DNA of 64,000 nt, taken from the NCBI GenBank assembly GCA_012295275.1, contig CM022670.1:32426001-32490000 (forward strand), in the 5' to 3' direction. This DNA is from Chrysomallon squamiferum (lineage: Eukaryota > Animalia > Mollusca). The notes under the pieces are model-generated. The model ran no database searches, was not told the origin of the DNA, and saw only the letters and a list, made by a program, of their open reading frames with translations. The stretch's first letter is position 1; each line of letters begins with the position of its first letter. The translations under genes were made by a program, and so were the position numbers. Below, piece by piece: positions 1 through 12,590 of this stretch.

Positions 1-3000
1 TTCTCATGCAAGGTTGGTAACTCTAAATATATCGGTGAACACCTCTCACCCAAGGGCATTAACTCTAAATACATCAGTGAACACTTCTCACTCAAGGAAG
101 GTAACTCTAAATATATCGGTGAACACCTCTCATGTAAGGGTTGTAACTCTAAATACATCAGTGAACACTTCTCACTCAAGGGCAGTAACTCATGTTTGTA
201 TGTACATATGTGATATGTATAGGTATGAAAAATACATGTATGCAAGCATATTTATTGTCTGTTATATATAGAATTATGACAAATATATTTGATGGCTAAT
301 ACACTTGAAAAATAAATTATGACAAGAACAGTGCACACTGAAATATAAATGATCAAACTTGAAAAAAATATATCTTTTTTAAATATATCAGTGAACAGAA
401 CAGTGCACACTGAAATATAAATGATCAAACTTTTAAATATATCAGTGAACACTTCTCATGCAAGGTTAGTAACTAAATACATCAGTGAACACCTCTCACT
501 CAAGAGCAGTAACTCATGTTTCTATGTACATGTGTGATATGTATATATATATGAAAAATGCATGCATGGAAGCATATGTATTGTCTCTTCTATATAGAAT
601 TATGACAAATATATTGCTAAAACATTTAAAAAATAAATTATGACAAGAACAGTGCACACTGAAATCTAAATGATCAAACTTTTAAATATATCAGTGAACA
701 CTTCTCATTCAGGGTTGGTAACACTAAATATATTGGTGAACACCTCTCACCCAAGGGCATTAACTCTAAATACATCAGTGAACACTTCTCACTCAAGGAA
801 GGTAACTCTAAATATATCGGTGAACACCTCTCATGTAAGGGTTGTAACTCTAAATACATCAGTGAACACTTCTCACTCAAGGGCAGTAACTCATGTTTGT
901 ATGTACATATGTGATATGTATAGGTATGAAAAATACATGTATGCAAGCATATTTATTGTCTGTTATATATAGAATTATGACAAATATATTTGATATAAAA
1001 TACATTTTGGCTAATACACTTGAAAAATAAATTATGACAAGAACAGTGCACACTGAAATATAAATGATCAAACTTTTAAATATATCAGTGAACACTTCTC
1101 ATGCAAGGTTAGTAACTAAATACATCAGTGAACACCTCTCACTCAAGAGCAGTAACTCATGTTTCTATGTACATGTGGGATATGTATATATATATGAAAA
1201 ATGCATGCATGGAATCATATGTATTGTCTCTTCTATATAGAATTATGACAAATATATTGCTAAAACATTTAAAAAATAAATTATGACAAGAACAGTGCAC
1301 ACTGAAATCTAAATGATCAAACTTTTAAATATATCAGTGAACACTTCTCATGCAAGGTTGGTAACTCTAAATATATCGGTGAACACCTCTCACCCAAGGG
1401 CATTAACTCTAAATACATCAGTGAACACTTCTCACTCAAGGAAGGTAACTCTAAATATATCGGTGAACACCTCTCATGTAAGGGTTGTAACTCTAAATAC
1501 ATCAGTGAACACTTCTCACTCAAGGGCAGTAACTCATGTTTGTATGTACATATGTGATATGTATAGGTATGAAAAATACATGTATGCAAGCATATTTATT
1601 GTCTGTTATATATAGAATTATGACAAATATATTTGATGGCTAATACACTTGAAAAATAAATTATGACAAGAACAGTGCACACTGAAATATAAATGATCAA
1701 ACTTTTAAATATATCAGTGAACACTTCTCATGCAAGGTTAGTAACTAAATACATCAGTGAACACCTCTCACTCAAGAGCAGTAACTCATGTTTCTATGTA
1801 CATGTGTGATATGTATATATATATGAAAAATGCATGCATGGAAGCATATGTATTGTCTCTTCTATATAGAATTATGACAAATATATTGCTAAAACACTTA
1901 AAAAATAAATTATGACAAGAACAGTGCACACTGAAATCTAAATGATCAAACTTTTAAATATATCAGTGAACACTTCTCATTCAGGGTTGGTAACACTAAA
2001 TATATTGGTGAACACCTCTCACCCAAGGGCATTAACTCTAAATACATCAGTGAACACTTCTCACTCAAGGAAGGTAACTCTAAATATATCGGTGAACACC
2101 TCTCATGTAAGGGTTGTAACTCTAAATACATCAGTGAACACTTCTCACTCAAGGGCAGTAACTCATGTTTGTATGTACATATGTGATATGTATAGGTATG
2201 AAAAATACATGTATGCAAGCATATTTATTGTCTGTTATATATAGAATTATGACAAATATATTTGATGGCTAATACACTTGAAAAATAAATTATGACAAGA
2301 ACAGTGCACACTGAAATATAAATGATCAAACTTTTAAATATATCAGTGAACACTTCTCATGCAAGGTTAGTAACTAAATACATCAGTGAACACCTCTCAC
2401 TCAAGAGCAGTAACTCATGTTTCTATGTACATGTGTGATATGTATATATATATATGAAAAATGCATGCATGGAAGCATATGTATTGTCTCTTCTATATAG
2501 AATTATGACAAATATATTGCTAAAACATTTAAAAAATAAATTATGACAAGAACAGTGCACACTGAAATCTAAATGATCAAACTTTTAAATATATCAGTGA
2601 ACACTTCTCATGCAAGGTTGGTAACTCTAAATATATCGGTGAACACCTCTCACCCAAGGGCATTAACTCTAAATACATCAGTGAACACTTCTCACTCAAG
2701 GAAGGTAACTCTAAATATATCGGTGAACACCTCTCATGTAAGGGTTGTAACTCTAAATACATCAGTGAACACTTCTCACTCAAGGGCAGTAACTCATGTT
2801 TGTATGTACGTATTTGATATGTACAGGTTTGAAAAATGCATGCATGGAAGCATATGTATTGTCTCTTCTATATAGAATTATGACAAATATATTTGATGGC
2901 TAAAACACTTAAAAAATAAATTATGACAAGAACAGTGCACACTGAAATCTAAATGATCAAACTTCTAAATATCACAGTGAACACTTCTCATTCAGGGTTG

Positions 3001-4692
3001 GTAACACTAAATATATTGGTGAACACCTCTCACCCAAGGGCATTAACTCTAAATACATCAGTGAACACTTCTCACTCAAGGAAGGTAACTCTAAATATAT
3101 CGGTGAACACCTCTCATGTAAGGGTTGTAACTCTAAATACATCAGTGAACACTTCTCACTCAAGGGCAGTAACTCATGTTTGTATGTACAATATGTATAG
3201 GTATGAAAAATACATGTATGCAAGCATATTTATTGTCTGTTATATATAGAATTATGACAAATATATTTGATGGCTAATACACTTGAAAAATAAATTATGA
3301 CAAGAACAGTGCACACTGAAATATAAATGATCAAACTTTTAAATATATCAGTGAACACTTCTCATGCAAGGTTAGTAACTAAATACATCAGTGAACACCT
3401 CTCACTCAAGAGCAGTAACTCATGTTTCTATGTACATGTGTGATATGTATATATATATGAAAAATGCATGCATGGAAGCATATGTATTGTCTCTTCTATA
3501 TAGAATTATGACAAATATATTGCTAAAACATTTAAAAAATAAATTATGACAAGAACAGTGCACACTGAAATATAAATGATCAAACTTTTAAATATATCAG
3601 TGAACACTTCTCATGCAAGGTTGGTAACTCTAAATATATCGGTGAACACCTCTCACCCAAGGGCAGTAACTCTAAATACATCAGTGAACACTTCTCACTC
3701 AAGGAAGGTAACTCTAAATACATCAGTGAACACTTCTCACGTAAGGGAGTTAACTCTAAATATATCAGCGAACACCTCTCACACAAGAGCAGTAATACAT
3801 GTTTGTATGTACGTATTTGATATGTACAGGTTTCAAAAATGCATGCATGGAAGCATATGTATTGTCTCTTCTATATAGAATTATGACAAATATATTGCTA
3901 AAACACTTAAAAAATAAATTATGACAAGAACAGTGCACACTGAAATCTAAATGATCAAACTTCTAAATATCACAGTGAACACTTCTCATTCAGGGTTGGT
4001 AACACTAAATATATTGGTGAACACCTCTCACCCAAGGGCATTAACTCTAAATACATTAGTGAACACTTCTCACGGAAGGGAGTTAACTCTAAATATATCA
4101 GTGAACACCTCTCACAAAAGAGCAGTAACTGATGTCTGTATGTACATATTTGGTATGAACATATATGTATGAATAATACATGAATGCAAGCATATATATT
4201 GTCCCTTATATATAGAATTATGACAAATATATTTGATTACTATCACATTTAAAAAATAAATTATGACAGGAACAGTGTACACAGAAATATAAATTATCAA
4301 CCTTCTAATTTATATCAGTGAACACTTCTCATGCAAGTGCGGTAACTCTAAATATCTCAGTGAACACTTGTCATGCAAGTGCGGTAACTCTAAATATATC
4401 TGTGAAAACCTATCACGAAAGGACAGTAACTGTAGATATATCGGTGAACACCTCTCATGTAAGGGCAGTAACTCATGTTTGTATGTACATATTTGATATG
4501 TATATGTATGAATAATACATGAATGCAAGCATATATGTTGTCTCTTATGTGAAATATATTTGATTACTAGAACAGTGCACACTGAAATATAAATGATCAA
4601 AGTTCTAAATACATTAATGAACACCTCACAGAAATATGGTAACTGAATATATCAGTGAGCATCTCTCATGCAAGGGCAGTAACTCTAAATAC
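1..4692. repeat. Compound higher-order tandem repeat: 36-bp subunits (consensus ~GTAACTCTAAATAYATCRGTGAACACYTCTCAYNCAAGGGCA) grouped into ~375-bp and ~255-bp monomers; runs off the left edge
   Basis: Seen directly. Long monomers start (ATGATCAAAC) at 670, 1313, 1942, 2573, 2953, 3576 and 3951, with short monomers between some of them. Copies become more divergent after ~4100. The repeated 12-aa ORFs are a by-product of the 36-bp period. Confidence 0.97.
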
Positions 4693-4894
4693 AGATTTCA
4701 GACAAGAATCATTTATAACTGAAATGATGAAGAATCTTACATAGATGTAGACAGTGAGGATAGACAACCTCAGCAGCCTGCTCCACAAGCAGTTCAACCG
4801 CAATATCCTTCTTTCAGTTATTTCTGTATTTTTTGGCATTTTACATTATATTTCTTAGTATTTTGTGTGTAGTGTGTCTGCAATTTTTTGTAAG

Positions 4895-4940
4895 ACTTCA
4901 AGTGTGCCCCGACAAAAGTTTGAATTCCACTGCTCTAGAA
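4895..4940 (+). mobile_element. Possible right terminus of a hAT (Charlie-like) DNA transposon remnant
   Basis: AGTGTGCCCCGACAAAAGTTTGAATTCCACTG is followed by CTCTAGAA (4933-4940). Charlie-type hAT ends read roughly AAAAGGTTGRGAACCACTG and prefer NTCTAGAN targets (recalled). No matching left end was found. Confidence 0.35.
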
Positions 4941-6254
4941 ATTATGAAAAATATATCTTTATATTTTTTTAATATTTATTTGGAAATGGTAAATAAATAA
5001 ATAAATACATTTTTGGATTGTTTTTCTATTATGAAAATACAATCTAAAAAACAGTTTTTTAAATTTGTATTATTATTTTTATTTTTAAATATATTATGGT
5101 TTGGTAAATAAGTAAGTAGATAAATAAATAAATTTTGGAATTATTTTTCTATTAAGAAAGTACATTTAAAATACTTCTATAAGCTTGTGGAATAATTTTT
5201 AATAAGAAATGTGCTTTTGTTTACTAAAATAGTTACAATTAAATAATAAATTAATTTGTGTAAGAATATGTCACTATGATAACTGAATATAACAAAATAT
5301 CAAGTGTTTTTTTTTGTATCATTCTTGGTTATAAAATAGTCTCATCAGACCTAAGTGTTATATTATTGTACTTTCTTATTACCTAAATTCACTTTATTAT
5401 CAGAACTGATAATTTAGTGAGAATATTAGAAAACCTTTTTTGATCAAGTTTTTTTAAAAATATATTTGAAAAATGCATCAAAACCCCCTTGTACGCTTTG
5501 ACAAGAACGGCTTTCAGTGTTGATTAAGGATGTATAGTTACTATATTGGAGTAAAAAACATTTCTCTTATTTATTTAGTGAGAAGAAAGTTTAAATCGAC
5601 TATTGAAAAATTGTGAACTTGGGTTTGTAAATTACTAAATGAGATATAAGATACTTTTTTTTTGTAAAACAGTTTTTTAACAGGCATTCTAAAAAGAATG
5701 TAAATTAAGATTATTTGGGTTTGTGTTAATTTCATTTAAAAACAAAACCTTTCTAAATTAGAAATTAAATTTTAAATACTTAAGTAAATTATACTGGAGA
5801 TGCTGATACTGCAAAAACAAACACTTTTTTTATATATAGTCTATCTCTCAAACTTTATTTTATTTTTTTCTCTCTGCCTTTTTCTTCTTTCATTTATAGA
5901 GATGCGTAAACATGTAAGCAATAATAAATCTCTGTATATATATATATACACATTAACGGAAATCAGTCAATTTTTATTTATTATTTATATTATATCATTT
6001 CATTGCAAAATACCTAAGCAGAAACAGTTTATGCCATTAACCACCATCAGAGATCATACTTTGTATAGTACTGTTCTGGGACTAATTGACCACATCAAAC
6101 ACATTTTATTAGAAATCATTCACTATATTCATACCATTAACCATCATTAGGCAGGTACGTTTTGTTGTAATTCCATGTTGGATAAATTAACTGTGACCAA
6201 TTGCATTTAAGTGAAGCATAACAAATCATATGTTAACAAATTATTATTCTTCTG

Positions 6255-6255
<1 letters not shown>

Positions 6256-6293
<38 letters not shown>
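6256..6293. repeat. (TG)n microsatellite
   Basis: Seen directly. Confidence 0.95.
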
Positions 6294-6297
<4 letters not shown>

Positions 6298-6944
6298 TGA
6301 ATATATTTAATATAACAGAGACATTACTTAAATGATTAGAGCACAACTCTAATTGCAGTTTGGATATTTTTGGCTAAGTGTTTGTCAATGCATCATAATA
6401 TCCTTAATATTTACAACACATATAATAAAATGATAATAGACAGTGATAAAAATGATAAAAATTAAAAAATAAAATAAATTAAAATAACCTAATTTTAAAG
6501 ATCACTTTTGAATTTTCTCAGAAGTTGAAAACAGACATGATCCATTGTTAGGCTGTAAATGATCTAAATTGTGTTGTTGTATCTGAATATCAACATTCTC
6601 TAACCTAGTTTTACATTTACCTTTAAAAGCAGTGTTTATATACAGGGGCTTTTGTGGTAAACAAGAACTGATGTTGAAACAAAACAGAAAAAAAAGAAAT
6701 AAAACCACAAAAATATAAACCCAGTTTCATTTTATTATCTATGTTTTGTTTTGTTTGTAAACTGTTTTCAAAAATTAAATGATAAACTATTAAAATTGTT
6801 ATTTAAAATTGTAATTTACAGTTTAAATCTATTTGTTATTATGACATTATTTATTGATATCTGTTTGTATAATAATCATTTATATGTTTATTTTTCGGAT
6901 GATAAACACATTTAGTACAAAATGACTGGTCTTTCAAGAGGCTT

Positions 6945-6949
<5 letters not shown>

Positions 6950-6999
<50 letters not shown>
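6950..6999. repeat. (CA)n microsatellite
   Basis: Seen directly. Confidence 0.95.
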
Positions 7000-7003
<4 letters not shown>

Positions 7004-7279
7004 ATGATAAATAAATAAATAAAAGTTTCAAATCAATCATTTTCCATTTTATATACTAAATAAAATAGCTATAATAATAATAATAATAATAATAATAATC
7101 CATAAAATAATTTTTCTGTGCCTGTTAATGATCTATATCCATTGGACAAGTATTGTTATTTTGAGCCACAAATATTTTATTATCCCTAACATACATTCAT
7201 ACATGCATAAATAGACTAATGGAAAAAAGTACTGTGCATCATGAACACAACTGTGTGTGTGTATGTGTATGTGTATATA

Positions 7280-8450
7280 TATTTGTCTATAAAACAACAA
7301 GGTGATGTTTGGCAGTCTGATATAAATGTACGTTTAACGAAAATGTAAACTCTTAATCATTATATGTTAAAAGAGGGGTCGTACAAAAAATTAGTCCACA
7401 GAGTGAGTTGGTGACCACCATTAGCATTGATACAGGCATCGGCACCACAGAGACAAAACTAGACAGTTGAAAAAGACTAGTGGAATGGAGTTCCCTATCT
7501 AAATCAGAGCTTGTTCAAACTGGGCAAGAGAGAGGTGAGAGGTCAAGAAGAAACAAGTAGCCAGGGCAGAATATCAATGTTCTGTTGTCTGAAGAAGACT
7601 ATTGCAACATGTGCAATATGTGGGGAGGCACTGTCCTGCTCTAATAAAATATTGCATCCCTGCACTTAAGTTAAGGGTAGGACATAAGGTCAAATGATGT
7701 CATCTTGGTAGCAAATGCCAGTCAAATTGCTGTTCAAGCTGTGTTCATCCATGAGATGTTATACCATCCCAACTTCTGCCTAGAAACAGCTGACTTTGAA
7801 TAATGCAAGCATCAATAAAATATTACCCTTGACATCTATAGACCATTGCATGTCCTTCAGAACTGTTCAGGTGAAACCATGATTCATTTGTGAATAGTAC
7901 ACTGTCAGAGACTTGTCACCTGAACATTAGATATTATTGAAACCATGTAAAGTGAGTCTGCTGAAGATGTGAATAAAAAAATTAGTCATATGATTGATCA
8001 TCAGGGCAGTAATAGGATTTAACTTACCCAGGAAAGGTTCAAGCTGTTAAACTGGCAGATTGGAACCAATTTCATAAATGAACCAACCAAACAGTTATGA
8101 TGATGTCATAAACAGACAGCCTGCTCTATTTGAGTTATGGGTGTTATTCTGTTGTTGATAATGTCTCCATAAAGAGTTTATGATCTTTCAGTGTACAACA
8201 AAATGGCAGACAACTTTGATTTGTGCCATTTCTGCTTACAGTATACCAATGGTGTGAAGACGTTGAATTTTTGAAAAGACGAGCATGACATAACATTGTG
8301 TGTTTTTCATTTTCAAAAACAATGCATGTGAGTATCATGTGGACTCAAAATAGACAATACACAAAACTGTGCACTTTGCATGAAATGCATGTGCAAGATG
8401 TGATATGTATTTGTATGAAACATTATATCATGCAGAGTTAATTTGTTCTA

Positions 8451-8455
<5 letters not shown>
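7280..8455 (-). mobile_element. Degenerate Tc1/mariner (Tc1-type DDE) DNA transposon
   Basis: It contains the transposase pseudogene below. The outer limits are approximate because the terminal inverted repeats are too decayed to define. Confidence 0.85.
7400..8286 (-). pseudogene. Tc1-like transposase pseudogene with stops, frameshifts and deletions
   Basis: Hand translation of the minus strand gives Tc1 motifs in the expected order. These are an HTH-like N-terminus (QRLHTIGIL*AEMAQIKVVCHFVVH*KIINSLWRHYQQ), SVLFTNESWFHL (~7868-7903; VLFTDESRF), NSNLTGICYQDDII*PYVLP (~7676-7734), EQDSASPHIAHVAIVFFRQQNIDILPW (~7561-7641; QQDNARPH..W), a broken SPDLSP and a C-terminal ACINANGGH (~7412-7438). 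Confidence 0.9.
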
Positions 8456-8487
<32 letters not shown>

Positions 8488-10859
8488 GTGTACATTTACA
8501 TATACATATAATTATTTTTGTGTGTGTGTACAGACACTATAGAAAAATTAAAACAAAAAACAATGAACAGTTCTTCTTGAATTTTAATTTTGTATAAACT
8601 TTTAAAAAATAAGTTTGTTTTACTTAATTCTAGAAAAATAAAAATAAATTGGATATTTATATATATTTTTAAATAGTCGTAATAAATTAAAATTCACGTC
8701 AAACTGTTTTTCATTATATTTAATTTATTAGGACTATATAAAAAAGAAAATTAATTTTTTTTTTTTTAAATCTATTTTTTGCATACATAAATTGTTTTTG
8801 TTATGCTAACCTATTTTACTGTTTATTCAATAACTGTATCATGAGTAATATGAGTAAAAGAAAATGTATTTAAATGAAGTTACAACCATAAATGTCTTAT
8901 TTCCATTCTAATTTTGTTGATATATTATTGTAATTACATTCTTAGAAGTAAAATAAATGTTTATGATAAGGAACCCAGCTGGTATTAACAAATTAATTAT
9001 TTTTTATTTTTAGTTGGTTTTTTTTTGGTTTTATTTCTCTTATTTGTGTATCTTGTTTGAAAAACGTGTGCATTAAATGACAGAACTAAAACGGATATAT
9101 CATAAAATGTTATAATTTGTCATTTATTTTTAATTAAAGTTTTTTTTTTTTTTTTTTTTTAATTTATTTTTGTTTTGTTTGTTCTCTCTAAATTGCTTTG
9201 TTGAAAAAATATGTATACATTAAATGATTACATCATATTTCTATATTTTTATTTTATAATGGAATTAATGTTATATTTTAATAAAAATTTCACATTCAGA
9301 AAGGCTGCTGCCATGTATGAGAAAAATAATATTCTTTTGAAAGTTTGTTGTTATTGTTGTTGTATTTGTTTTATTAAAACTCTATGTTAGAAGTTTAATA
9401 ACTCCATTTTTTCTGTATAACACTTACATTATTAAATAAAACAGATGTAAAAATAAATAACAGGGATTTATTCTTACTAGCAGTGTTTGCAGAAAGAAGG
9501 AAAAAAGAGAGAAAGAAAACATTAAAGAAAGAAAGAGAATGTGAGAAACAGCAAGAGAAAGAATGAATGAAAGAATATAAGTGAGAAAGAAATAAAGAGA
9601 AAGAGTGAAATTACAGTAAGTGAAAAAAGTGATGGCAAGTAAAAAGAAAAGGAGAAAATCAGAGTAAAAGAAATACTTTAAAATTAAAATAGAAAGAGGA
9701 GAAAAGAAAAAATTGGGGATAAATTAAGAAAATGTTAGAATGAAAAGAGAATTAACAGTGAAATGACAACAAATCTGACAGTAGAGGTCTACATCATAAC
9801 AACTGACTGGTAAGAAAAAGCAAACTAATGGAAATCTTTTCAGAACAGCACCCTGAAGTTACTAGTTAATTTCATGTCATTGAAAGATGCTTGTAGAGTA
9901 ATTGGATGTCAGTCTTAAATTTAGATTCAGTTAGTGTTTGTACATACAGAAATTTGCTGTAAGCTTTCAGTACAAATCTTTATAAATACATTCTCACTTT
10001 GCCAATTCAAGAAAAAAAATGTCTAACCTTAACCCGAAAAGACATTTCATGGTCCTTATATTTATATTTTGGGGTTTTTTGTTTTGTTTTTTCTTGCTTT
10101 ATTTATTTTTTAATCTTTTTCCACTTTTTAATTTTTATTTAAGTTTATTGTACTGAAGAAAAAATTAATTAATTCAGTCTGCATTTGTTTAAGAATTTTC
10201 AGTTTTTTTCTTGTCAAGAAAATGAAGATCTAAGACATTTATTATGACTCTAACCAAACAAATGCATTAAGTTTGTTATAATTGTCATGGTACTGAGATG
10301 TCTATTGATTATAAAATCAATTCCACTGCTGATGAAAAGAAGCCTTAGTGTGTCATTACTGTTAATGTAGAAAAATGTAAAAAAAAAAAAAAAAAGATCT
10401 TAAAAACATTGACATAAAATATCTTATTTGCCAAAATGATGTGTTTCTTGTTTTGTTTTGTTTTGTTTGTTTGTTTGATTTGGGGCATTTTCATTCTTTT
10501 TTTAATGCTGCTTGTATAATATTTATCGTCATCATCATCATCTTTATTAATCTATTAATTTTGCTGTTAATATGTTAGATGTTAAGGCTCACGTAACTTG
10601 TTACAGGCATTAGGTACAGAGAAAAGGGCTGTGTGTTTAAAATATATTTTAGATTACAAATGAATAAGATTAATTCCATTTCAAATGTTTTGTTTTCACA
10701 TTAACATCTAAATCTTTATTGTTTATATAGTAAGTATCAGTAACAGTTATAATTATAGCAGCTAAATGGTCATTGATAGGTGGAATTAGGCGAAAATATC
10801 TTAACATCTCAAGATACATTTTTTTTTATCATTCAGCTAATGCTGCAATATTGTTTTTA

Positions 10860-10873
10860 TTTATTTATTTATT

Positions 10874-10950
<77 letters not shown>
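10860..10950. repeat. (TTTA)n/(TTA)n microsatellite
   Basis: Seen directly; it explains the poly-L and poly-Y ORFs. Confidence 0.95.
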
Positions 10951-10951
<1 letters not shown>

Positions 10952-12504
10952 TATGTCTAGAGCACTTTTAAATTGAACATTTCATAACAGCTACCTCAGC
11001 TCTGTGAAAAATTGAAAAATCAATCTTAGATCAAGGAATGAATAAATAAGAACATAAATAATTTTATAGATCAATAAGATGAAGGGAAATAACCCTAGTA
11101 GTTTCCATGCCACAATTTGTTGCTGTTTCCTGTTTGAAAATAAAATAGATACTGTGGTTCCTTTTAAGATTAAAAATAATTTTGTTGATCAATATGATGA
11201 GGGGAGGCAATCCTCAGAGTTATCATTCCACAGTTTGTTACTGTTTCTTGAACTCAGAATAGTTTGAACAGACTGAACTTTATTTATATTAGAAAGCAAG
11301 AGGCTGTTTGTAATAAATATAATTGAATTTTATTTTTTTATTCATTTTTTGAAAAATAATTTTGTTGTTATTATTTGTATTTTGACAGAAATATTTAAAA
11401 TAATAAATAAATAACGACATTGTTTAAATAATAGATGTATAGTTTAATATATAGTTTAATGAAGGAATTTGAATGTAAATTGAATATTAGTTCAAATTAA
11501 ATATAACAGAAATTTTAAAATACACACAAATAATAAAAAATATAAAATATAAATTACTTTTTTTTTAATTTCTATTATTATTTAATTTTTTTATTGTGTA
11601 TTTTCATGTGCATACATACATTTGCACATTTACACATACACACATACAGGGACTGAATTTTAAATGTTTTGAGTGCCAAATGTTAGGATACCAAAGCAAG
11701 TTAATTTTTATCAAGTTTTCAAGGAAATCATTTATGTTGCTGCAACTCATCCATTACAACTAATGACAATAATAATACCTAATTACCATAACACTGACTT
11801 TGTTCTATGAAGTATCATGTTTATTACCCAGTATGGCTCCACCCTTGTGGTGTTGGGATTTGTGGGATGGGCATGGATGCAAACTTTGAAGGGCAGCTAC
11901 AAGGTTTTATTGTCATAGACTGAGGCACCAAGGAGGGCAACCTAGACATGTGTATTGCTGCCTTGGTAAAATGCAAACATTACACACACACACACACACA
12001 CACACACATCACACACATACATACATGCATTCAAACACACACACAATCTGATTTGAAACCACCAGGCTTTTATGCCTAGAAAATTCGATAGTAAAAAATG
12101 TCTGAGTTATATCATTTTATATTTTCATATAAATACAATGAGATATTGATTTTAACCTGCAGTTAATATTTAATTGTTTCACAGATCAAGTGACTTTAAG
12201 GTTATTTGTGTACAGTAATTGTAACTGTACAATAGATCATTGTTTGCCAGATTGATTCCTTGACACAATAATTCACATACAGCTTATAGATCCAAGAAAT
12301 TAATTCTGCAAAGTGAATGTTAATCAGTGATGCATTTCAGTACATCTTCTCATGTCAGGTGTAAACACTTGTATATAATCCGGAATCTTGTTTTCTGATT
12401 CTTCTTCTTCATTTCGCTTATCTGTGTGTGTGTGTGTGTGTATATGGTGCAGTGTGATCTGTTTGTGGTATGATTTCATGTGTATACATATATACATGGC
12501 GTCT

Positions 12505-12590
12505 ATGTTATATGATAGGAATATATGTGTGTATATATTATATGATAGGAGTATATGTATGTATATATTATATGATAGGAGTGAATGTGT
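12505..12590. repeat. 30-bp tandem repeat, ~3 copies (TTATATGATAGGAGTATATGT...)
   Basis: TATGATAGGA recurs at 12511, 12541 and 12571. Confidence 0.85.

Noticed and set aside
14-4624. Repeated ~100-aa ORFs (VTLNISVNTSH repeats) as a peptide gene family
   Set aside because: Frames are open on both strands simply because the period is a multiple of 3. Short monomers are frameshifted, and there is no signal peptide or recognisable domain.
1-4692. CRISPR-like appearance of the 36-bp units
   Set aside because: The variable part is only ~10 bp, related between units and repeated in every monomer. There are no unique 25-45-bp spacers, no cas genes, and the context is eukaryotic.
9763-9815. ATG plus 15 codons and a phase-2 donor TG|GTAAGA as another PDE4 first exon
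   Set aside because: It is short, with no CpG retention, promoter cue or homology, and is expected by chance.
11927-11967. Hairpin ACCAAGG..GCAA / TTGC..CCTTGGT as a pre-miRNA
   Set aside because: It is about 41 nt with ~11 bp, too short for a Drosha/Dicer substrate.
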